Of a stretch of DNA of 31,918 nt, positions 18,567 to 27,630 are shown piece by piece. Under the pieces are notes generated by a model, which searched no databases, had not been told where the DNA came from, and saw only the letters and a program-made list of their open reading frames with translations. The stretch is from an uncultured Chloroflexia bacterium. GTDB taxonomy: Bacteria > Chloroflexota > Anaerolineae > JAAYZQ01. A program made the translations under genes and the position numbers. Position 1 is the first letter of the stretch. Every line of letters starts with the position of its first letter. The stretch is taken from contig CAVOXA010000013.1 of assembly GCA_963700285.1 (NCBI GenBank), positions 1 to 31,918 on the forward strand, given 5' to 3'.

Positions 18567-19817
18567 TTGAGCGATAGCTTGCCGAATATACGCGGGTCTG
18601 CCCGTACGACCACCTGGCGTCTGGTAGCAGCCGGGATGGCGCGCCTATTCCTCAACACAGCGCTGCGCATGGGCTACCCATTTGCGCCAGCGCTCAGCCG
18701 TGGACTGGGTGTGCCGCTCACCTCGATGACCTCGGGTCTCGCCCTCAGCCAGTTGACCGGCTTCTTTGGTATCATTACTGGGCCCATGGCCGATGGCTGG
18801 GGCCGGCGACGGATGATGCTCGCCGGGATGACCATGCTTGCTGGCGGCATGCTGGTTGCGGCAGCCCATCCAACCTTTGTGACCGTGCTGATGGCCCTCT
18901 TTCTAGCTGGATTGGGCAAGACCTTCTTCGACCCGGCGCTAAAGGCCTACGTCGGCGATTGGATTCCCTACGAACGCCGGGGGCGGGTCATGGGCGTTCT
19001 CGAGTTCTCCTGGGCAGCGAGTCTGCTGTTCGGTATCCCACTCGTCGCCCTGTTGATAAGCCGCTTTGGATGGCGGTCTCCTTTTTTTCTCCTGGGTGCT
19101 GCCGGCCTGGTGAGTGCAGCCTCCATACTATTGCTGTTCCCTCGGGGACGCCTGCGGGCGCAGTACTCGGGAGTCGCGGCAGGCCTTCTCAGTGCCTGGC
19201 AGCACCTGGCTGGCGAACCGGCGGCCCTCTGGGTACTTGCTTCCAGTGTGTTGGTCGCCGCAGCCAACCTCGCTCTCTTTGTCGTCTATGGCGCTTGGAT
19301 GGAGCAGTCTTTCTCCTTGAGCATTGTTGCGCTTGGAACGACCGGCTTGCTCATTGGCCTCAGCGAGTTGTTGGGCGAAAGCCTCACCGCCTTAACCTCT
19401 GACCGGATCGGTCTGAAGCACGCGCTCCTCATCGGCTCGGCCCTCCTGGTCGGCAGTTACTGTCTGTTGCCCTGGTTTGGCCACAGCCTGTCGATGGCCC
19501 TGGCGGGCTTGTTCATCGTCTTTGTCTGCTACGAGTTCGTGGTCGTCACCGCAATGTCCCTATCCACCGAGATACTGCCTCATGCGCGCGCGACGATGAT
19601 ATCGGCGCTCATTGTGGCCAGTAGCCTTGGCCGTGCGGTGGGCACCGCTGGTGGGGCACTGGTCTGGGAGGAGGGCGGGCTGCTGGCAATCAGTATCGTC
19701 GCAGCAGTGATCACGGCGTTCAGCTTGTTGTGTTTGGTCTGGGGGCTGCGCAATTGGCACCCCGAGAGCGCACTCTCTCCCCCGGAGCCTGGGGGTCTCG
19801 AGGAGGATCTGGAATGA
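18567..19817 (+). CDS. MFS transporter (start approximate, TTG)
   Basis: Motif A GPMADGWGRR and SDRIGLK, plus ERRGRVMG and about 12 TM segments. Confidence 0.9.
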   Translation: MSDSLPNIRGSARTTTWRLVAAGMARLFLNTALRMGYPFAPALSRGLGVPLTSMTSGLALSQLTGFFGIITGPMADGWGRRRMMLAGMTMLAGGMLVAAAHPTFVTVLMALFLAGLGKTFFDPALKAYVGDWIPYERRGRVMGVLEFSWAASLLFGIPLVALLISRFGWRSPFFLLGAAGLVSAASILLLFPRGRLRAQYSGVAAGLLSAWQHLAGEPAALWVLASSVLVAAANLALFVVYGAWMEQSFSLSIVALGTTGLLIGLSELLGESLTALTSDRIGLKHALLIGSALLVGSYCLLPWFGHSLSMALAGLFIVFVCYEFVVVTAMSLSTEILPHARATMISALIVASSLGRAVGTAGGALVWEEGGLLAISIVAAVITAFSLLCLVWGLRNWHPESALSPPEPGGLEEDLE

Positions 19818-21202
19818 CCGATATTCTCATCAAGAATGGCACCATTGCCACAATGGATCAGCAGGCTAATGTCTACCAAAACGGCAGCCTGTACGTCAAG
19901 GATGGCAGGATTGTCGCGGTAGGAGAGCAAGTGGATGTCTCTGGCAGTCCGGATCACATCATTGATGCGGAACACAAGGTCGTTCTCCCCGGCTTTGTGA
20001 ATGCCCACGCCCACCTCCAGCAGTACTTTCGGGGCGTCTATGAGCTGGTCGGCGAGTTCTACAAGGTCAATCTTCCCCTGGAAGGGTACCGCCGTCCCGA
20101 AGACATGGAATACCTGGGCCTCGCCTCTTGCGCCGAGTTCATCTATGGCGGCTGCACCACGGCCATGGTCATCTATACGTACCCTGACGGTTTTGCCAAG
20201 GCCGTGGAACAAGCCGGAAACAGGGTCATCCTGGCTGCCGACATCGAAGAGGTTGATCTCGACCGGCTGGGGCAAGGTGTCTATGAGTATCTGCCTGAGA
20301 AAGGAGAGGCTGCCTTCGAGCGTGCCCAGGACCTTTACCGAAACTGGCATGGGAAAGCAGGTGGCCGCATAACCACCATCATGGCGCCCAAAGCTTCGGA
20401 TCTGGCTCGGGCCGAAACCTACCTGAAATGCCAAGAGTTTGCGCAGAGGCACGGCCTGAGATTGACCACACACCTCTCCCAGAGCTGGCGTGAGGTCAAA
20501 CAGGTGGAGGAGCTGTATGGCAAGACGCCGCCCCAGCATCTGCACGACCTGGGCATTCTCGACGAACAATTGACCGGTGCTCACTGTACTTACGCTACCG
20601 AGCTGGATACCCAGCTTATCGCAGAGGCTGGCATGGGCATTCTGCACTGCCGATCCGTCACCAATCCGCTCGTCCGCTGGATGGACATGGGCATACCTGT
20701 TGGCCTGGGAACCGACGACTACCACCACGACATGCTCCAGCTCCTGAGGGAGAACCTGGCGGGCCAGGCCGCGCGCGCCCGGCTCATCGAAGGGGCCGAA
20801 GAGATGCTGGCCAGTGACCGGCGTACCTCCCGGCCCAGCTTTTACGAACTCCTCGAGCTGGCTACCCGGCGTGGCGCAGAAACCTTGGGCATCGACGGAG
20901 AGGTGGGCTCCCTGGAGCCAGGCAAAAAGGCCGACATCATCACCATCAACATGCAGAACCCCTACCTGACGCCCACCCTGGATCCCCTCACCAGTATCGT
21001 GCTGTATGGTTCTTCGCGGGATGTTGACACGGTCATCGTGGATGGGCGTGTCCTCAAGAAAGATGGAAACCTCACCAGCCTGGATCTGAAGGAGGCGCTG
21101 GCCACCGGTCAGGCGAGAGTCGAGCAGATCATTGGCAGGTTCTTTCAAGAGCATCCTGATCAGAAAAGCGCCTGGCTGCGCAGGGTCCCGTATTTGGGGT
21201 AG
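19814..21202 (+). CDS. Metal-dependent amidohydrolase (MtaD/AtzA/guanine deaminase-like)
   Basis: ATGA overlap with the MFS stop and RBS GGAGG. Motifs PGFVNAHAH, HLSQ, AHC, LGTD and GSLEPGKKAD. Confidence 0.92.
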   Translation: MTDILIKNGTIATMDQQANVYQNGSLYVKDGRIVAVGEQVDVSGSPDHIIDAEHKVVLPGFVNAHAHLQQYFRGVYELVGEFYKVNLPLEGYRRPEDMEYLGLASCAEFIYGGCTTAMVIYTYPDGFAKAVEQAGNRVILAADIEEVDLDRLGQGVYEYLPEKGEAAFERAQDLYRNWHGKAGGRITTIMAPKASDLARAETYLKCQEFAQRHGLRLTTHLSQSWREVKQVEELYGKTPPQHLHDLGILDEQLTGAHCTYATELDTQLIAEAGMGILHCRSVTNPLVRWMDMGIPVGLGTDDYHHDMLQLLRENLAGQAARARLIEGAEEMLASDRRTSRPSFYELLELATRRGAETLGIDGEVGSLEPGKKADIITINMQNPYLTPTLDPLTSIVLYGSSRDVDTVIVDGRVLKKDGNLTSLDLKEALATGQARVEQIIGRFFQEHPDQKSAWLRRVPYLG

Positions 21203-21232
21203 CCTGCCCGGTTCGCCAAGCACGTCTGTGGA

Positions 21233-21787
21233 GTGAGCGTGATGAGCATCATCCGACAAAATCTGCCCCTCACCATGGTACGGGACAACCTCGAGGGAAT
21301 CCCTCGCCATGGCCTGCCTGTTGGTTATTCGATGCGGAGGTACCAGCCGGGCGACAAACGCCTTTGGGAAGAGATCCACCGCCTGGCCGATCCGTACAGC
21401 GCCATCGCCCCTCACCTCTTCGGCCAGGAGTTTGGGCCTGACGAATCAGTGCTGGCAGAGCGCCAATTCTACCTCCTGGACGCTCGGCAGCGGGCGATTG
21501 GCACGGCCACCGCGTGGTACGATGACGACTTTGAGGGAGTGGGCTATGGTCGCGTTCACTGGGTAGCCATCGTTCCAGAGTACCAGGGCCAGGGGTTGGC
21601 CAAGCCGCTAATGGCGGCTATCTGCTGCCGGCTGCGGGAATTGGGGCATGAGCGCGCCTATCTGAGGACCTCTTCCGCCCGCATTCCGGCCATTCATCTG
21701 TACCTGCGCTTTGGCTTCATTCCCTTGATCGATGGACCTGACGGACTCGGGCTCTGGCGACAACTTGAAAAAGAACTCGGGCGGTGA
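21233..21787 (+). CDS. GNAT-family N-acetyltransferase
   Basis: Acetyl-CoA motif VAIVPEYQGQGLAK and AIHLYLRFGF. Confidence 0.9.
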   Translation: MSVMSIIRQNLPLTMVRDNLEGIPRHGLPVGYSMRRYQPGDKRLWEEIHRLADPYSAIAPHLFGQEFGPDESVLAERQFYLLDARQRAIGTATAWYDDDFEGVGYGRVHWVAIVPEYQGQGLAKPLMAAICCRLRELGHERAYLRTSSARIPAIHLYLRFGFIPLIDGPDGLGLWRQLEKELGR

Positions 21788-21892
21788 GCGCCTGTGGTTG
21801 GACGATGCGGTGATGGTATACCTTCCTCTGTTCCGCATCCCGTCCCGCTCTGCTGTGGGAGGGCCTTTGGTGCACATCTCCAGGCTTGCCCA

Positions 21893-24800
21893 TCATCCCT
21901 CACGAAGGGCATTGTCTATGCATGTGCTCATCTTTTCTGCCAGGACCCGCATGTGGGATTCTTCTACCGCGATACCATGGGCACCAACGATGGATACGTG
22001 ACTGCCAGGGATCTCGTGGACTTGAGCACCTCCCTCCGCAAACTCGCCCCAACCCGCCCGCGGGCTGTCGGCATCGCTCAAAGTCGCCTTGGCCAGAAAG
22101 ATCTCAATCCGACCTGGGTAGGGGCGTGGAACGTAGCGCCTTACGGCCCACAAGTTGGCCAGGACCTTTAGCCTGAGGCGCATATAGTCTCGCTGTCCGG
22201 TGGAGGGTAGTTCAACTATCCTGTGCGTGTGGTGGCCAATGCGTTGCCGAAATGTTCGAAGGAGGTAAGACACAAAGCGTAGGGTGGTCTGCAGCCCAGG
22301 ACTTCGCAGGGGTGAGGGTTCCACCATGGCCAGGAGAGGCACTTTCTGTCCCTGTGCCCAGAGTTGTTGAGCCATCTCAAAGGCCACAACGGCGCCCGAG
22401 CACACCCCAGCCAGGAGATAGGGGCCCTCGTGCTGCACGCGACGGATCTCATGCAGATAGCGTGCAGCCATTGCCTCGATCCAGACTGGGTTCTGAGCCC
22501 CATCCTGGAGGCCGTAGAACGGTTGCTCAGGGCCGAGGTACTGGGCAAGATCGCCGAGATCAGTGAACACATTGCCTACATTGCCAGGGACAACAAACAG
22601 AGGAGGTCTGGAGCCGGCGAGCCGCATCGACACCAGCGGTGACCATGCTGCTGTCACAGATCCCTTCTCCCGGTCCACGGTCGCTGCCAACTCTTCGATG
22701 GTTGGCGCCTGAAAGAGGGCGGCCAGCGGCAGCTCTACATTGAGTGTTTTGTTTATGAGGGCTAGCAGGCGTATGCCCAACAGCGAGTGCCCCCCAAGGT
22801 CGAAGAAGTTGTCATGGACGCCTACCCGCTCAACGCCCAGGACTTGGGCCCAGATACTGGCCAGTGCTTCTTCCCCTGGAGTCCGGGGGGCGGCATAAGC
22901 AGCCCCTAACTGAGAAAGACTCCCGTTGGGCTCGGGAAGCGCGTTCCGGTCGACCTTACCGCTGGGCGTGAGAGGCAGTTGCTCCAGAAACACAAAGGCC
23001 GTAGGGACCAGCGCCGCTGGTAGTTGCTGACTCAGATAGGTTCTCAATTGGCCAGCCGTCGCACGTTCTTCCCTTGAAGCGACCACATAGGCCCCGAGAT
23101 AGGTCTCCCCCTGCTTCTGCTTCCGGGGGATAACCACACAGGCCTCCACGGCCGGGTGGCGGGCCAAGATGGCGGTGACCTCGCCAGGTTCTACACGTAC
23201 CCCTCGGATCTTGACCTGGTCGTCGAGCCGGCCCAGGATCTCGAGTAGTCCGTCGGGCCGATATCTGCCCCGGTCGCCCGTATAGTACAGCAGGTCTCCC
23301 TCTTTGTTGTGGAATGGGTTCGGGGCGAAGCGATTCTGTTCTTCCTCGGAGGCATGGATGTAGCCCAGGGTCCGGAAGGGTGTGCGCAGCACGATCTCTC
23401 CAGGTTCACCAATACCACACAACCGCTTTCTGTCTGTGAGAACCAATGCCTGGGTCTGTGGCATCGGCCAGCCTGCAGGTTGGACACCGGGGAGAGGCTC
23501 GGCTGGCACACGATAGAAACACTTGACCATGGTGGTCTCGGTGGGCCCATAGAGGTTGATGATTTCGCCTCCACCAGAGAAGGTAGCCCGCCATTTGCGA
23601 ACCAGCGCCTCGGTGAGCGGTTCACCCGCAAAGAACACCCAGCGCAGGGCACGCAGAGAGATGCTCGCTGGAGTATGAGCCAGCCATAGTTGGGCCAGAG
23701 ATGGCACCGTGTTCACAATCGTGATGCGCTCATGTTCGAGCCACTGCATGAGATCTTGCGGATCAAGGGCATCCGTACCATCTGGCAGACAGAGCGTCGC
23801 GCCGCTGACCAACGGCAAGAAGACATCCCGTAGAACTGCGTCAAAGGAAAGGCCAATCAACTGCGCTGCCCGGTCTCCTGGTCCGACCGAAAAGGTGTCA
23901 CGCTGCCAGGCAAGGAAATGTCCCAGGCTCTTGTGACAGCCCAATACGCCTTTGGGCACACCCGTCGTGCCAGAGGTGAAAAAGATGTAGGCCGGATCAT
24001 CGGGACTCGGGTCTGGCAAAGGACCTGAATCCTGCCCCTCATCCGGCTCTGCACCCATGAACCGGCCTGTCTCTTGGTCTACCCGTAGAACAACCAGATC
24101 TGGCCCTCCAGCCGACCACCCACCCGCCTCGTAAGCGCCACTGACGCGCAACATTGCCCTCGCAGCAGCCTCTCGCAGCATGAGCTGCTGTCGCTGGAGG
24201 GGAAGTGAGGGATCAATGGGCAAGAGCACGCAGCCACTCATGAATGTGCCGATCATGCTGGCAATCAGACCAAAGCTCCGCGAACCGAACACTGCTACCA
24301 CATCCCCTGGCTGCAATCCTCTGGCTAGCAAATGTCGCGCTAGGGAATGGGCACACTCGGACAATGTGCCGTAGGTCCAGTTTCGTCCAGCTCTGGATGA
24401 CCGCTGGGCTGTCTGGTGCGCGATCTGCCCACGCGGCGAACATTTGCATCACCGTTTCCTGGGGCGGTTCAGCCAGAAGGGCGCGCGGATCAGGCAGCAA
24501 GGGGTGGGCTTCTGATGTCACGAGCGAGTAGGATTGATAGGTTGCTCGGGAGAGAGGACAATCTGCTCGAGCAACTGCCGGTATTGGGCCAGCATCTCGG
24601 CCATGCGCGCCTGGCTGAATAGGTCGGCATTATAGACGAAACGCAACTGAATGCTCTCGCCCTGGTCCGAGACATACACAGTCAAGTCGAAATTCGACTT
24701 TGTCCCCCTGCGAGGGAGGTTGCTGATGCTGAGCCCTTGCAGAGCCAGGGGTGTGTTCCGTGCGGGGAGCATGTTGAAGAAGACCTGAAAGAAGGGAGTA

Positions 24801-25963
24801 CGGCCAAGTTCGCGTTCCGGCTGGAACTCCTCGAGAAGTTTTTCAAAAGGGACATCCTGATGATCATAGGCCGCCAGGGTGGTCTCGCGCACTCGGTGGA
24901 GCAGTTCGAAAAATGATGGCTGCCCGGACAGATCTGTGCGCAGGACCAGATTGTTCAGGAAGAAGCCGATCAAAGCCTCAGTCTCGCGGTGATTCCGGCC
25001 GGCAATGGGTGTACCGACGACGACGTCCTCCTGGCCAGTGAGGCGGTAGAGCAGCGCCTTGAACGCGGCCAGCAAGGTCATGAACAGGGTGGTGCGCTCC
25101 CGTTGGCCGAGTGTTTTGAGCGCATGGGTCACATCTTTTGGTATCTCCAGGGACTGCGTCCCCCCCCGATAGGTCTGCATTGGCGGACGCTGGTGGTCAA
25201 GGGGCAGCTCCAGGTTGGGCGGAGCGCCTTCAAGCTGCTGCTTCCAGTAGCCAAGCTGTTTCTCCAATACCTTCCCCCGAAGCCACTCCCGCTGCCACAG
25301 GGCATAGTCCGCGTACTGGATGGGTAGCTCGGGAAGCGGTGAAGGTTCTCCAGCGGCAGAGGCAGCGTACAGGTCAGAGATCTCGCGGCGGAGGATGCCC
25401 ATCGACCAGCCGTCGGAGATGATGTGGTGGATGCTGAGGAGCAGCACATGCTCTTCATCCTGCAGCCGCCACAAGGCGGCTCGCAGAAGTGGACCCTGGG
25501 CCAGGTCGAAGGGCTGCCGGGCACCCTCCTCAACCAGCCGCTGGACTTTATCCTGCCGCTTGCTCTCGGGCAGCTCTCGTAGATCCACCACCGGCAGGCT
25601 CAAGGCCAAGGCTGGGGAGATCTTTTGCACTGGCCGGCCATCCATGGCGAAGAAGGTGGTTCGCAAAGCCTCGTGGCGCCGTACGACCTCGTTAAGGCTC
25701 TGCTTCAGCGCTGGTACGTTCAGCGGTCCCAAAATCTGATAGGCTCTGGACATAATGCGGACGGGACTGCCAGGCTCCAACTGGTCGAGGAACCATAGCC
25801 GCTCCTGGCCAAAGGAAAGCGGTATCTCGTCGAGATCGTGTCTCCGGGGCCTCACCTGTTGCCGAGTCGGTGCGATCTCCTCCCCCTCGAGGAGGTAGGC
25901 AAGAAGCTCTAGATCCTCCCTAGTGAGTTCATTGCTATCTAGGCGCTTTTCGGTCTGGGTCAC
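21893..25963 (-). CDS. NRPS module C-A-PCP-TE (Cys-type TE); two apparent frameshifts (~24530, ~24385)
   Basis: C domain HHIISDGWS; A domain FTSGTTGVPKG, NLYGPTE, TGD, SGKVDR; PCP LGGHSL; TE GVCSG. ORFs 24518-25963, 24213-24521 and 21893-24364 join across the C-A linker. Confidence 0.92.
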
Positions 25964-27402
25964 GCAGATTCTCTCCTCCGCCTTTGCTTCTCAAACATCC
26001 TCTTGACCTCGTTGGCCGGGATGCCTTCAACCTTGTTCCAGAGTTGGGCGATTCTCTCTGTCTGTCCTGGTCTCTCCTCCCGGGCGATGATCGCCTCTGA
26101 CAGCTCGGCAATCGTGGGCGCCTCAAATATCGTGAGCAGGGGGACCTCTACGCGCAGGGAATCTCGCACGCGGGAGGCAATCTGGGTGGCCAGCAGCGAG
26201 TGTCCTCCCAGTTCAAAGAAGCTGTCGTGGATGCCAATCTTCTCGATGCCAAGGACCTCGACAAAGATGTCGGCCAGCACTTCCTCGACCGGTGTGCGAG
26301 GGACCACGTAGGCCTGCGCTGGTTCGTGTCTTGCCCAATCGGGCTCGGGAAGTGACTGTCGGTCGACTTTGCCATTGGGTGTCAGCGGGAGAGCCTCGAG
26401 CATCGCAAAGGCGGCAGGGACCATATAGTCGGGCAGCTTTTCCCGGAGAAAGCCACGCAGATCAGAGGGAATCAGGGTTGCCCCGCCCTCCGGGACGACG
26501 TAGGCCACCAGCCGCTCGTCGCCCTGTGTCTTTTCCTTGATCAGCGCAGCCGCCTGTCCCACGTCCGGATGTTGCCGCAGGACGGCCTCAACCTCCCCGA
26601 GTTCAACGCGGAAGCCACGGATCTTCACCTGGAAGTCCTTTCGGCCTTGGTGAACAAGGCGGCGGTCGTGCGACATGCTACCCAAGTCTCCGGTGAGATA
26701 GATGCGCTGGTTTGTATCATCTGGATCGTCAAGAAACTTGGCTAGAGTCAGTTCAGGCGTGTAGTTCATGATCTCATGAAGCAGATTGCGATGGCTGTGA
26801 GCGACCCCTTTGGGCTGACCGGTTGAGCCCGAAGTATAGAGCAGAAAGGCAAGCCTATCCGGCGATATGGGTAGACCCGGAGAGTCTGTTGATGTGCTGC
26901 CATCGAGCTCATCTACATCCTGAATTTGGTGCACGCTCTCAGCCAGTATCCTGGCCAAACCCACATTCCGCCTGTTAGTCAGGATGAGGGGTGCCTGCGA
27001 ATCCCGAAGCGAATAGCTGATCCTGGCTTGGGGATAGGTAGGATCCAGCGGGACGTACATCTTCCCAGCCTTGAGTGCCCCCAAAATAGTCGCAATCAGC
27101 GGTGCTCCCTGCTCAAGAAGTACAGCGACGGGCATCTCACGGTCGCCAAGCTGCCGGAGGATGCCATGTGCCACTCGGTTGGCAGCTCTGTCCAACTCGT
27201 CGTAGGTGAGCTCCTGGCTCGATGTCTTGACCGCGAGTTTCTGGCCATACTCGACCGCCAGCTTTTCGAACCGGTCAGGGATCGATTGCTCGATTTCGTC
27301 TCTTGCGAAGGCGATGAACTCACCGCTGGGATGGAACCACTTTCCTTGAGTTTTCCCCTGGCTTTGCGTAGTGCCAAAGGGTAGTCGGGCAGCTTCACTC
27401 AT
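25960..27402 (-). CDS. Stand-alone NRPS A-PCP didomain with an in-frame internal deletion of the A-domain core
   Basis: YTSGSTGQPKG is followed almost directly by PELT...YLTGDLG, so motifs A4-A6 are missing. PCP LGGHSL is present. Confidence 0.88.
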   Translation of the reverse strand: MSEAARLPFGTTQSQGKTQGKWFHPSGEFIAFARDEIEQSIPDRFEKLAVEYGQKLAVKTSSQELTYDELDRAANRVAHGILRQLGDREMPVAVLLEQGAPLIATILGALKAGKMYVPLDPTYPQARISYSLRDSQAPLILTNRRNVGLARILAESVHQIQDVDELDGSTSTDSPGLPISPDRLAFLLYTSGSTGQPKGVAHSHRNLLHEIMNYTPELTLAKFLDDPDDTNQRIYLTGDLGSMSHDRRLVHQGRKDFQVKIRGFRVELGEVEAVLRQHPDVGQAAALIKEKTQGDERLVAYVVPEGGATLIPSDLRGFLREKLPDYMVPAAFAMLEALPLTPNGKVDRQSLPEPDWARHEPAQAYVVPRTPVEEVLADIFVEVLGIEKIGIHDSFFELGGHSLLATQIASRVRDSLRVEVPLLTIFEAPTIAELSEAIIAREERPGQTERIAQLWNKVEGIPANEVKRMFEKQRRRRESA

Positions 27403-27628
27403 CAGATGTCTCCAAAGCAATCAGCCAGGCGCCGGAAATCGCCGTAAGCGCAAAGCCTGACCTCTCCAACATGCCCGTCAACTCCGGGGCGGTATCGTAG
27501 TCCTGCTCCCACCAGTGTAGGCCCCCCTCCCATTTGAACCGCTTTCCTCCACAAGGACGAAGGGGTCCCTTGTCCGCAGCAACAGCTCTGCCTCCGCCCG
27601 TTGCCGGGCTGGGGCACGGAAGTGCCAT
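27395..27628 (-). CDS. Small ORF (77 aa), possibly a remnant of a larger tailoring gene
   Basis: Starts 2 nt after the upstream NRPS stop and overlaps the next start. The C-terminal half (WWEQDYDTAPELTGMLERSGFALTAISG) looks protein-like. Confidence 0.4.
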   Translation of the reverse strand: MALPCPSPATGGGRAVAADKGPLRPCGGKRFKWEGGLHWWEQDYDTAPELTGMLERSGFALTAISGAWLIALETSDE

Positions 27629-27630
27629 CT

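Noticed and set aside
19580-21415. 611-aa minus-strand ORF (and similar ones at 11096-12169 and 15109-16086)
   Set aside because: Antisense to well-supported genes, which is expected in high-GC DNA.
21800-21846. Bulged hairpin between the convergent GNAT and NRPS genes
   Set aside because: Long loop and no U-tract; too weak to call.
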